A DNA stretch of 64,000 nucleotides from Owenia fusiformis (Eukaryota): NCBI GenBank assembly GCA_903813345.2, contig CAIIXF020000001.1:11594001-11658000 (forward strand), given 5' to 3'. Both the position numbers and the translations under genes were made by a program. The notes beneath the pieces are model-generated. The model ran no database searches, was not told the origin of the DNA, and saw only the letters and a list, made by a program, of their open reading frames with translations. This document shows positions 23,870-36,958 of the stretch, in pieces. Each line of letters starts with the position of its first letter. The first letter of the stretch is position 1.

Positions 23870-24652
23870 CTGTAATGAAAGATACATAGTTATTAGATCC
23901 TCCCCTCACAGTAGAGACACTGCAGACATGACCTTGCCCTTGTCTGTCCCTTCACTCAATGGGAGTACAATCCTAGCATAGTTACTGTATGTTATCACAC
24001 CAACCCTGTAATGAAAGATACATACTTATTAGATCCTCCCCTCACAGTAGAGACACTGCAGACATGACCTTGCCCTTGTCTGTACCTTCACTCAATGGGA
24101 GAACAATCCTAGCATAGTTACTGTATGTTATCACACCAACCCTGTAATGAAAGATACATAGTTATTAGATCCTCCCCTCACAGTAGAGACACTGCAGACA
24201 TGACCTTGCCTCCCTTCACTCAATGGGAGTACAATCCTAGCATAGTTACTGTATGTTATCACACCAACCCTGTAATGAAAGATACATAGTTATTAGATCC
24301 TCCCCTCACAGTAGAGACACTGCAGACATGACCTTGCCCTCATCTGTCCCTTCACTCAATGGGAGTACAATCCTAGCATAGTTACTGTATGTTATCACAC
24401 CAACCCTGTAATGAAAGATACATAGTTATTAGATCCTCCCCTAACAGTAGAGACACTGCAGACATGACCTTGCCCTTGTCTGTACCTTCACTCAATGGGA
24501 GAACAATCCTAGCATAGTTACTGTATGTTATCACACCAACCCTGTAATGAAAGATACATAGTTATTAGATCCTCCCCTCACAGTAGAGACACTGCAGACA
24601 TGACCTTGCCCTTGTCTGTCCCTTCACTCAATGGGAGAACAATCCTTGCATA
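23781..24652. repeat. 136-bp tandem repeat (6 full + 1 partial) of splice acceptor + 5' half of the vWA exon
   Basis: Units start at 23781, 23917, 24053, 24189 (8-bp deletion), 24317, 24453, 24589. Confidence 0.95.
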
Positions 24653-25479
24653 CTTCTGCAATGTTCGCTCATTATTACCCAGTCAGCGCATTGTTCAGAA
24701 TGCAATGGATGCTGTAACACTTCATCAGGAGAATGTAAGCCCCAGTAGCAATTGTTCTTGGAATAAACTTGTCAATTCAAAAAGAAATGTGTGTAGGAGA
24801 ATCATCACAACTTTGTTCACCGTATTGAATTATGCATAGAGAGGGGAGGTGCACATTTGGGGCATGTTTTATAAGGAACGGTAGTTTTTGACACAATTGG
24901 CAGGTAATCATCAAACTTTCACAACAAAATTCACATTGAATGAACTAAACAATTCGGAAATTTCAAGACAAAATATGCTAAATTAATCGAGTTATTCAAC
25001 TCTCTTGCGGTCCCGTTTTTTTGGACACCCTGTAATAAGAATACAGGCAAGAGCAATAGAGTCAAGATTTCCAATCTGAATTCAGGCAAAAGCAGTAGAC
25101 TAGAAAATTGAAAAATTAATATAATGTTTATCCAATCGTTCATACTAATAAATCTGTAAGATGAATGATGTCAACTAACACTACCTTTTTATTTATTAAG
25201 AACAATTAGCAGAAATAAAATTTAAAAGAAAGGAAAATCTGGACTGTGCAGGTGAACAATTTCGTTTCAAGCTTTCATTTAATAAGGTATTGATGGGAGA
25301 TACATGATGTTATGATGATTTTAAGTCAATAATTACAAGTTACTTGTTATGTAACATTTTATGTATCAGCAATGAATGCGTTTGAAAAAAGATTATTTGG
25401 TTTAAAACAGTGAAAACTATATATATAATACTTGTCTGCTTATTTTCATTGTTTAAAACATTTATTCCTTCAGGGCACC

Positions 25480-26038
25480 ATGGCAAACTCAATTGCATTG
25501 CATCTTTTGAAACTACTTTTTATGGTGCGACTGGCACAAGCTTTGGACCTGTCGGATATGGGCATCAAAACGTAAGTTTAAACATTCTCATATACTAAAT
25601 GAAATGCTCTGTATAGCTCACTCTAGAGTATTCCTTATACTGGAATATACTAAACCTGCTAGTGACTACACTGTCTCTGAATAATAAACTCATATCATTA
25701 AAGTGCTAATAGCTGATTCTCATCAAAAATAACCCAAAAATATGTTCATTTTCTTTCTGTAGTTATTAAAGGTTCAAACATACTGTACAGCGTATACTCA
25801 TGTACTGTCCTGGTTACTTGTGAAGGATTTTTCAGGATTTATTTTTCTATAAAAAAGGTATACATCCAAGTCTATTGATTGTTCTGTTTAGGGAGATCCG
25901 TTATGTAGATGCTTCCAAACTATGCAACCCAGGATGTAAACAAAATGAATTCTGTTGTGTAGATACCGAAAAAAGCAAAAAACAAAGATTCTGTACTCCA
26001 AAAAATGGTGGCAAGAATTGCTATGAAGCTATCTTAGG
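25480..26038 (+). CDS. Secreted Cys-rich peptide (exons 25480-25571, 25892-26038; possible mini-exon 26233-26245)
   Basis: ggcaccATGG context; MANSIALHLLKLLFMVRLAQA|LDLSDMGIKTEIRYVDASKLCNPGCKQNEFCCVDTEKSKKQRFCTPKNGGKNCYEAILG; in-frame GTAAGT/AG intron. Confidence 0.7.
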
Positions 26039-26349
26039 GTTGGTACCTATTTCATATTGATTCTGTACTTTCATGGTTGGTACTTATTATATTGATTCAT
26101 GGTTGGTACCTATTTCATACTTGGTAATCCAATGGTTGGTACCTATTTAATATTGATTCTGTACTTCAATGGTTGGTTTCTATTTCATACTGATCAAGTC
26201 ATCAATATTATATGTATCATTTTCTCTTACAGGAGTGTGCAAAAGGTTGGTCTTGTATATAGTCCTAAGTTATTTCTGTTAAAATATGTATACTACTTTT
26301 GAAAAACCTGCTTTATTTCAGCAAGACATTTCTGTTTGGCATTGAAGGA

Positions 26350-27960
26350 GCATGGGAGCCATATGCATTTCAGTAAGTACAAGAAAACAACAGTTAAGAC
26401 CAGTATACATACCAGAAAGTACCAGTAAGGACCGATATGCATAGAAGTACAGTAAGTACCACTTAACATTATATTTAAGACCAGTATGCATATCACTACA
26501 GTGTTTTCACTAGCATGGGAGCCATATGCATTTCAGTAAGTACAAGAAAACAACAGTTAAGACCAGTATACATACCAGTAAGTACCAGTTAGGATCAGTA
26601 TGCAAACCAGTAAATACCAGCAAACATGCTAGTTATGACAAGTATGCATACAAGGAAGTGCCCGTACAGTTATTGCCATTATACGTATCAGGAAGAGTCA
26701 GAAAACATGTCAGTTAGTACCAGTATATATATACCAGTACAAGTACCAGTACCAGTAAGGACTGATATGCATAGAAGTACAGTAAGTACCAGTTAACATT
26801 AGATTTTAAACCAGTATGCATACCACTACAGTGTTTTCATTAGGGTCTGAAAAAAGTCGGCCCCCGAGACCCCACATTTTAAAAACCTGGGTCCGGATCA
26901 GAAAAAGTAGGTCCCAAAATATGACTTAAATGTTAAATTTCAATTCAGTTTATCACATCTTCCTCCAAAAATAGTGATTTTTATAGGCTGAATGAATCTA
27001 ACTTTAGACTATGATTTGGGATATTTGAGGTTTGTTGTCCTTTTGACTTATATACATGTAGGCTAGTAAGTACCATTTTAAACATATACCTATAATATAT
27101 ATATAACTTGTAAACTGGTAAATATAACAGTAAGTACCAGTAAACTAACTAAAGTACCATTAAACATATCAGTAAGTAATAATATATGAAGGTCAACCAA
27201 AGGTTAAAGGTCAAAACTGAGGTCAGATTTGAGTTCCTGAGAACTTGTAGATGAAAAAAAGTTTGGTCAATTTAGAACAAGTTGAAATTTGGTAGTCAAA
27301 AATTTCAAAATTTGATCTTATTCAATTTTGAGTTTTAATATTTCAAAACTGGTGCAAAATTTTAATAGATAGTCAATTGCTAATATGTGTAGAAACTTAA
27401 GAGGAATATATATCCTGACTTTCATCAAAAAATATTGATTTGTAGTCATCAACCTTGAGAAACTTAGAAAACACAGTTTATGATTTAGTGTGATGACCTT
27501 GACCTTTGACCTTGCAAATTTGACTTTTTAGACCTCAGTAGGTCTAAAGGATTTGAGAAACTTTTGAGAAACTTTTGACCTTGACCTAGATAAAAGTTTC
27601 TTTCCCGCCAAGTTCAGCCAAGGTTCCTGGAAGGTGGGTGTCGGAGATAGTTAAAAGGTAGTAGAAAGAAGGAGAAAAGGTGTTAGGAAGAATAAAGAAT
27701 AAATAAATAAAGAATAATATTTATAAAATTGGGGCCTCCTAATAAAAGAAAGTGCCACAATACAAACCAGTAAGTACCATCATACATCCCATTGTATATA
27801 CACTTAACTACTAGTTTACATATCAGTAAGTACCAGTATACATATCAGTAAACACCAGTACACATATCAGAAAATACCAGTATTATATCTAATTAAAGAA
27901 AGTGCCAATATACATACTAGTAAGTACCAGTAAATATACAAGAAAGTACCATCATATACT
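26350..27960. repeat. ACCAGTAAGT-rich repeat with embedded TGACCTT/Helentron fragment; paralogous to about 45915-47415
   Basis: Collinear high similarity between the two regions. Confidence 0.85.
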
Positions 27961-28962
27961 AGTATTTATCCCATACTTGGACATGTAACAGGTACGAGCG
28001 GGCAGATACAGTATATCTGCCCGCTACGTCATAATCGCCGCTCGCATATTTGTCCATAATTTGTAACGTTTGCGTAATGACTGTAAACAACAATGGAGAA
28101 AACAAAGACAATCGGGATCTGTTTGATGGTTTAAAAAGGGGAAGGAGCATCCACTTAATCAATCAAAAATTCGAGAAAATAAATGTGGGAATATTTGAGA
28201 GAACAGGAAAATCCGCCCACGGCCAAGAAAACAAAACTGGACATGAATATTCTAAATATTTCCACGATTGAACAATGTGAACCAGATGACCAAGATTGGT
28301 ATGGGATAAACATATTATCCTATAGTCGGTTCAGGATATTGGGATTATCCCTTGGCCAATATAAATAGGGGTTATGCACTGGGAGGTTTTGATACAGGGA
28401 ATATCCCGAGGGATATACAATATATCTTCCTGAGGGACCGAAGGGAAGATATATTGTATATCCCAAGGGATATTTCCTGTATCCAAACCGACTGTGCATA
28501 ACTATTGTATTCCATACCTGATGAGGTTTGAAATAATAAGCATGTATCCCATATGCTCTGGTGTGTTTACTTGCAAAATATGTTATCATTTTCAAAAAAA
28601 ATTCAATTTTTTTCCAAATTTGATTTCAATTTTTTCAAAAATGAAAAAAAAAATCCAAAATTTTTTTTCACATTTTTTTGCATAATTTTTTTCAGAATTT
28701 TTTTTCAAATTTTTTTTCAAACTTTTTTTACCGAATTTTTTTTCAAATTTTTATTTTCAATTTTCTTTCCAAATTTTTTCTTGAGCGGGACATACGATTT
28801 ATATGTCCCAGAGCTCCGTTGGAGCGGGACATACGAAAAATATTTGCCCGGATATGGAATATATTCCCGGTTGATATGTCTCTGAAACCTCATCAGCTAT
28901 GGAATACTATATTATATTTGCCTCGGGATAATCCCAATATCCTGAACCTCATATAGGATAAT
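27960..28962. mobile_element. Two adjacent palindromic non-autonomous elements (about 27960-28312 and 28312-28962)
   Basis: tttatcccatac / gtatgggataaa and ggttcaggatattgggattatccc / gggataatcccaatatcctgaacc inverted pairs; absent from the paralogous intron. Confidence 0.65.
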
Positions 28963-28971
28963 CTCTATATA

Positions 28972-31769
28972 CCAGGTCGTTCAATAAGTTCACGGAAAAA
29001 CGCTCTCATTTCAACGATTTTTGATATTTTCTCATGAAATTTTCACACAATGTATAGAAAATACTTTCTGATTGATCCTTAAAATATCAGCGTCTCTTAT
29101 TGATTGGTCAAAAAAAGGGTTATTATGGTAACTTGACTTTTGGGTAGGCGGGGCACTTTTTACGTCACATTATTCATTAGAAAAACTACAGAAAAATAGG
29201 CAATTTATGAGTATATCACATCTCCGCCTTCTACTTGTACATGATATAACTTAATGTAATTGTTACAACTATTGTCCCCTAAGGTTTCAGAAGTATTCTC
29301 CCTCATGTTTGATGCACAGTAGCTTGCATTCAACCCATTGATGATACGGTGCTCTGAAGCCATTTGGAAAACTTGTTTGAATGGCAATCTTGACTGCAGT
29401 CGAAAGTAGTTTCATTGTTCCATGAAGTGCAACTAAACTACTAGCTGATCCTTCATCCTGGTGAAAAAGCAAAATCAAGGATTGTCTCATCTGGAGAGTA
29501 TGTAACTTGGGCACGGGGTGCCATCGAATAATTTTGGCAACGTACCGGAGAACGACATTTTACTAAGAAATGGCAATAATTTAGCACAATATATTTTTAA
29601 CTAGAGTTCTATTTTGATTTTGACAAAAGTAAGTATTCCATGCAATAACTATTTCATTCATGAGTTTGTAGGAATTCTGTTGGAACCCAGTTCTGATCAA
29701 GTACGAAGTTATTGAAATCGGCGCAGACGGACTTTACTCCGAAAGATAGTTTTTCGATTATAACTTTTCACAACATTTAGGTATAGACTTTTGAAAAAAG
29801 TACAGAATAGTCTTTATACTTTTGAATAATTCTGTTATTTCCCATTCACACGACTCTGATTTGTTTAATTTAAAAAAAAGTTTTAAAAATATTACTTAGG
29901 AACGTAACCGGAGCTGGGAACGTAACCGGAGCAGATCAGTTGAATTATTTAATCAAAAAAATTAAAATATATGATTTGTAACATGGTCATTTTCACATTT
30001 ATTTCACGTTTATATTTCTACTTTTCATATTGACCAATCCCCATCCATGTCATTTTAACAGGTCCCTTCATTACTTTACACCAGTGTTTCAAATATTTAA
30101 TTCCAATGTTTTCAATTCTTTTGTATACTTTCTACTATATCTTCCTTTATTTAAAGCAATTTTTAGCTTTTCATGGTGTGATTGTTTCGTACTGTTTTTG
30201 TATTCCATATAATAGCATTCACTCACATGTAGCTGAGTTTGGGTCTTGGCCCAGCCTAAGTAGTTGCTTAGAGTTAGATGATAATGTAGATTGTACAGAG
30301 AACGTTTGAAGTTTATTTGAAATAGACTATTTTATATATTTTAACTTTAGTTATCTGTTACTTTTATTTGCCACCCACGGGCCTTACACTCGCCCCGTTA
30401 CAGATTTAAAGCACATATACTAATTTAAAAACATACGGGATTGTTCGAATGCGTATTTATTACATTTTATTTAAAGAAAAAAAATGTATCCATTGTGAAA
30501 AATTAAATTTGGTATTTACCATGCATAAGTGCACTTACCTTAGAAAGGCTATCAGACATAGAACAATCATTGTATGGAGAATGAAGTGATTAAATGTAGT
30601 AAGCAAATAATTCCATTTGATTTCACCCATTGTATTTGTTCAGCGAACTATTAGAACCCACTCTGTTATACTAATTTCTAATTAATTTCTAATTTATACT
30701 AATTGCCATGCATTGATTTTCCTGTAAGTGAAGGGTAATAAATGCTCATTTTAACATTCATATGTGTTTGTAAATAATATATATGCTTTAAATCATATAT
30801 TGTATTTTTTAAATTATATAATTCCACTGATCTGCTCCGGTTACGTTCCCAGCTCCGGTTACGTTCCTAAGTAATATTTTTAAAACTTTTTTTTTAATTA
30901 AACAAATCAGAGTCGTGTGAATCAGAAATAACAGAATTATTCAATAGTATAAGGACTATTCTGTACTTTTTTCAAAAGTCTATACTTAAATGTTGTAAAA
31001 AGTTATAATCGAAAAACCATCTTTCGGAGTAAAGTCCGACTGCGCCGATTTCAATAACTTCGTACTTGATCAGAACTGGGTTCCAACAGAATTCCTTCAA
31101 ACTCATGAATGAAATAGCCATTGCATGGAATACTTACTTTTGTCAAAATCAAAGTAGAACTCGAGTTAAAAAATATATTGTGCTAAATTATTGCCATTTC
31201 TTAGTAAAATGTCGTTCTCCGGTACGTTGCCAAAATTATTCGATGGCACCCCGTGTTGGGACAGCTTTGCCATCTATTTTGCCAGTCATTTGTGATGGTT
31301 TCCTGCACAATATTAGCAGTGTGATCGGCTGCATTATCATGATGGAAAAAAGTTTGGCTGAATGGTTAAGTTTTAATCAACTTACCATAGCATTACTCTT
31401 TGTTGATTTTCTGGTCCACTGGTACAGCATTGACTAGCACGATTTCAGAAATGTTTGTGATAACAATGAACATCAATTTTCCCTCAGAACATTTGTAATT
31501 TAAAAAAGAACAAATAAAAATAGGGATCCTTCATTTGCACACATTGATCGCTTTCTGTAATGGTAAATTGTGTGACGTAAAAAGTGCCCTGCTACCCAAA
31601 AGTCAAGTTACCATAGTAACCCACATTTTTGACCAATCAAATCAGAGATGCTGATATTTGAAGAATCAATCCTAAAGTATCTTTAGCACATTGTGTGAAC
31701 ATTTTATGGGAAAATATAAAGAATCTTTGAAATGAGAGCATTTTTCTGTGAACTTATTGAACGGCCTGG
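28972..31769. mobile_element. Non-autonomous mariner-like element
   Basis: TA|CCAGGTCGTTCAATAAGTTCAC...GTGAACTTATTGAACGGCCTGG|TA, about 200-bp TIRs. Confidence 0.85.
29512..31255. mobile_element. Long-TIR non-autonomous element, CAC...GTG ends, 5-bp TSD TTGGG
   Basis: cacggggtgccatcgaataatttt / aaaattattcgatggcaccccgtg; about 430-bp near-identical TIRs; TTGGG at 29507-29511 and 31256-31260. Confidence 0.92.
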
Positions 31770-32016
31770 TATATAACTACCAGTTTACATATCAGTAAGT
31801 ACCAGACTACCAGTATACATTTCAGTAAGTGCCATTAAAATTATAAGTAATCACCATTACATAAACAAGTAAGTACCACTACTGATACCAACACATATAC
31901 ATATATACCACAAAATACCATACATACAAGTTAACATATACCACTTTTATAAATGTTATGTGATTTCATTTATATTCTAAAGTCAACATTTATATAAATT
32001 TCAATATTTACCACAG

Positions 32017-33051
32017 AGACAATAAAACAGGAGAGGCCATAGGATTCCTGCATGATGTTATCAAAGCACTGTGTGCCATTTGTGGCAAGAAATGTGACAC
32101 TGTGTTCATTGCAGAACACCTTGACCGCTGTTATGACCCAGAGAAAACAATGGGTGAAGGTATGTTATTCTATCATCTGTCTAAACGTCATATGGTTGCT
32201 ATAACCAATCATAAACATTAAATAGACTCTATAACATAACAAAGCACAATCAAGACCCCTTGGGACATTTTTGCAGACTGAATTTCATCACATATTCACC
32301 TATCTACCTACCAATGAAGTAGTTCCAAATCCCCCGCTTTATTTGCGTATATTCATGTGTGGTCTGATTTATTTAATAAATTGGACCATTTTGATGTTAG
32401 TTACAATAATAATAATAAAAAAAGTGAAATATTTTTCTTGTGTTAGGCAGATAACATTTTCTTTTACTGAACATATTTTAATTTGTATAACTATCAGATA
32501 TATAAGGGTAATATGAAAAAACACTGAAAGTCTAAGGGAATTTTGGGTAGCGATTTTTTTGTAATACCCTGACATGTTATTTCCCCGAATCAGCCACCTT
32601 GTGGCCAAACTGGCAACCACCTACTCGCATATGAGTAATTGATATGTAAACTTTATACATTCATTTCGATTAATAAGCACTTTTGGTGCAAATGTATGTC
32701 CTATCAACTTTATTCGTCACATTGCCTTCCTTTATCAATAATTTTGTCTGGCTCATTTTTTCTTGGCAAATGGTGAATGGAAACTGATATTTGGAACTCT
32801 GTATACTGATGTATTCCACTTTACAGATTTTACTGTGAGTCACCTAAATAAAATATCCATTATCATAAGAATGAACTTTAAAGGTCTAGATAATCGGCAC
32901 TTTGATGCTTGTATTGGCTGGGCAAGTACTCAATACAGGAGAAACACATATTCATTCTATGGGGCACTTGTGGAACCTACAAAGGCTCAAGTGTATGTGA
33001 AGAAAGGCTCTGGGATGTCGAAAGTGGAGCAGCTAGAAGGAAAAACAATAG
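32017..33051 (+). CDS. Family-3 solute-binding-protein-like gene, copy 1 (exons 32017-32159, 32884-33051)
   Basis: DNKTGEAIGFLHDVIKALCAICGKKCDTV...GEG|LDNRHFDACIGWASTQYRRNTYSF...YVKKGS...LEGKTIG; canonical in-phase splice sites. Confidence 0.75.
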
Positions 33052-34980
33052 GTAATAAATATGTAATCTTATATCACAATGAAACATCTAAAACTTATAG
33101 TACTCCACCAGTGATTTGCTGATTTACTACTTGGCTCAATCAACCTCACTATAAACATACTATGATAATTCAATATTTGGGTTTATAATCACAGGATTAC
33201 TATTTTTCATCACATACAAGACAAAAAGTAGTTGCACACAGTGCGGCTCCCAAATTCTTCTCTAAAGTAGACTCACTCCGACTAGATAACATAATATCAT
33301 ACCTCGATGTTTTCGTCATGCATTTATCAATCGGATGTCAATACTAATACCATTTTGGAAACTGATGGCAATACTCAAGTCAAAATCTAAAGGCTTTCTG
33401 TTACTGACTGGTCTTCATAGTCAGAGAAAATACTTTTTATATTCATATAATACTCCTACATGGTTAGAAAGCAATGAGTGTTTGTTTTTGAAGGAAAAGG
33501 TAAAGAAATATTTCTGGATTGGAAGCTCATATGATGCATTGCGAGTGTCAAATGGTTACTGATACACTTCGGTCAGATTAAACATTTATTATTAAGTTTT
33601 TAACTCATCATTAGAAGGTTAATCAAGAGCAGTAAGGGAATTAAAGGTTGGGAGTATGTGCACCTATTACACAAGACAAAATCGTATGAAATAACTTGCA
33701 ATGAGCTAGTTATGAAGCTTGTTATTATGGTCTTACTAGTGGTTATTATTGAGTAATGGTACAGGTATTCGATATGGTATTGCAGCTTACACTTAAGTAA
33801 TGGTACACGTATCCTTGGATTTTAGGCCCGAATACCGAGGTTTATTTTTTTAATTATCGTGTATTATTATTTTGTGTTAATATTAGTTAACCATCTAACT
33901 ATTGGCATGATATGATAACCTTGTTATATTAATATAGCGCATAGGCGTAGCCAGGGGGATACGATGAATGCGATCGCACCCCCCCCCCCTCCATAACCAA
34001 TGAAAGTAGAACCATTAGATAGAAGAAAAAAGTCTCAAAATGCTTTTTATTTGAAGCTTCTAGCTCGATTTTGAACGAAGTTGCACCAATTTTTGTAAAA
34101 TTCAAAACAAATCATCAAAAACATTTTTTTATGCCACGATCGCCCCCCCCCCCCCCTCCCCCCGACTGAAAGCTGGCTACGCCACTGTAACGTGTAATCA
34201 ATACGCTACATTTTGTATGTTCAATTTGTATACTAAAAACTGTTATTAATAACAGTTTGTAGATTAAAGATCCTTATTTAAAGACAACGTCGTCTTTATG
34301 AATTATTTAAGACATCAGTATTCTCAGAAATTGATTATCCGAAGCTAATACCAAGTTCTGACCAGCAGACGAACAATTTCAGACGTGGGCTAAGTTTGTT
34401 TATTTAACGGTTAGNNNNNNNNNNNNNNNNNNNNNNNNNNNNNNNNNNNNNNNNNNNNNNNNNNNNNNNNNNNNNNNNNNNNNNNNNNNNNNNNNNNNNN
34501 NNNNNNNNNNNNNNNNNNNNNNNNNNNNNNNNNNNNNNNNNNNNNNNNNNNNNNNNNNNNNNNNNNNNNNNNNNNNNNNNNNNNNNNNNNNNNNNNNNNN
34601 NNNNNNNNNNNNNNNNNNNNNNNNNNNNNNNNNNNNNNNNNNNNNNNNNNNNNNNNNNNNNNNNNNNNNNNNNNNNNNNNNNNNNNNNNNNNNNNNNNNN
34701 NNNNNNNNNNNNNNNNNNNNNNNNNNNNNNNNNNNNNNNNNNNNNNNNNNNNNNNNNNNNNNNNNNNNNNNNNNNNNNNNNNNNNNNNNNNNNNNNNNNN
34801 NNNNNNNNNNNNNNNNNNNNNNNNNNNNNNNNNNNNNNNNNNNNNNNNNNNNNNNNNNNNNNNNNNNNNNNNNNNNNNNNNNNNNNNNNNNNNNNNNNNN
34901 NNNNNNNNNNNNNNAAAAATGTTACAAAAACCGGGTACCAGTATAAAATCAACAGTATAGTATGATATTGGTATTATACA

Positions 34981-36657
34981 TTATCGATAGATGAGTAGTT
35001 TTTTATATGAAGATTTGAAAATATTTAGAGTGGAGCATTTTTTAATATCATGTGGTAGAGCATTCCAAAGATTAGGACCCAGATAGCGAAGGGAAAGTTT
35101 AGAGCATTTAGGGATATGAAAATAATGCAATTGTCTTGTGTAATGATGATGAATATTAATGTTGATATCAAACAAGTCTTGAAATAGATTTTTTGGAAGA
35201 CTGGGGTGCTTATTAAAGATTTTGTACATGAACTGACCAGTACAATATCTGTTGACATCAAAAATATTTAATATTCTAAGATCTTTAAATAGGGGAGCGG
35301 AGTGAGAAAGTCTATCCTTATTTAAAGCTAGCCTTAAGAATTGTTTCTGCAGTTTATGTAGACGATCATAAAATGATTTAAATGTGTTACCCCAGATTAT
35401 GTTGCAATAATTTAATTGAGAGTGTATCAATGAGTAGTAAATTGTTTTGAAACTGTCTATTTGAAGTAGATTTTTAATGTGATAAAGAGAACCAATGACG
35501 CGAGAAATCTTTGTTTCAACAGATTTTATGTGCTCTTTAAATTTCAAGTTTTTATCAATAATAATTCCAAGAAAGTCAATTTTTTCCCGGAAATTTATGT
35601 TCTCATTGCGTATTTTAAGATTCAGATTTGTTTGATTTTTTTGGGGTCCAAATAGAATAGCATTGGTTTTGCCAATATTAAGTGAAAGTTTGTTTGCTTT
35701 TATCCAGTCATCTATTGAATTCAAGTTAGCATTAGTTCTAGTCATAAGTTCATTTAAATCATAATCACTATCAAGAAGATTGGTGTCATCAGCAAACATA
35801 ATAAATTTTAGATTAGGGGCAACAAAAGGCAGATCATTTATGTAAAGAATAAATAATAGTGGTCCAAGTACCGAGCCCTGCGGAACACCACAATTTAGAG
35901 ATGATTGTTTAGATTCATAATTGTTAATGGTGACATATTGTTTGCGGTCTTTTAAATAACTTACAAACCAGGACTTAGCTATTCCTCTGATGCCATAATA
36001 TTCAAGTTTTTGTATCAAAATGTCATGATTAATTGTGTCAAAGGCCTTGGAAAAATCTAATGTTATGCCAATGCTCATTTTCCCCAAATCAGTTGATTTT
36101 CAAATTTGTTCAATGAAATATAAAATGGCCATGTAGGTAGAGTTGAATTTCTGAAATCCAAATTGATAAGTAAAAATAATTTCAAAATGTTCTAAAAAAC
36201 CAGTGAGTTTGGCGTGCATGAGCTTTTCTAACAATTTAGAAAATACAGATAAAACTGAAATTGGTCTATAGTTCGAAGGATTTGTAGTGACACCTTTTTT
36301 AAATACAGGTGTTACTTTGGCCAATTTGAGGGCGTCTGGGAAAATACCAGATTTAAAAGATAAGTTAAATATATACAAGAGTGGATCAATTAAAAACTGT
36401 CTTGCAGACTTAATAAGTGATGGTAGAATCCCATCAGGTCCAGGCGAGGAAGATTTTAGAAGACACATTTCTAATTCAAGCTCAGTTTTTGAGGTCTTTT
36501 TGAGATAAATAGATGATTGAACTTTTTGAGCTCTTGCTAGGTATTCATTAAAGCATTTTTGGGATTTTGGAATCTCCTTGGCTAGATTTTTACCAATATT
36601 GGTAAAAAAATTATTAAATCCATTGGAAATGATTTCATGATCTGTTGTTTCCAACAG
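34981..36657 (-). mobile_element. 5'-truncated CR1/L2-group LINE, RT with one in-frame stop at 36100-36102
   Basis: SPGPDGI, NYRPISVL, QFGF, LDFSKAFD, GVPQGSVLGP, FADD, HSAPLF. Confidence 0.93.
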
Positions 36658-36958
36658 TATAGAGTTTAGTGGACATACTGTATAGAGTTTAGTGGACATA
36701 CTGTAGTATATATAGTCTTCAACTTATTGGCATTGGTGTTCGGTGGTCGGTGTTCAGCTTTCAGCGTCTGTAACCAATGGCAGATAGTGACATTTTGCAC
36801 GTTAATGCCTATTCTAATCTGACCATTATGAGCTTTTCGACTCAATATTATATAAATAAAGGTGTCTATGTGGACTGACTTGTTGTAAATGGTAGTTGAG
36901 TGCAATATGTTCAACTCTGTAAAAGTCAATGTTAATAATCGCCATGGTTCTTTTGTAG

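Noticed and set aside
23781-24652. Regular repeat array as CRISPR
   Set aside because: No unique spacers, no cas genes; unit is a duplicated exon boundary
28494-28956. Phe-rich ORFs
   Set aside because: Low-complexity T/A tracts inside a palindromic element
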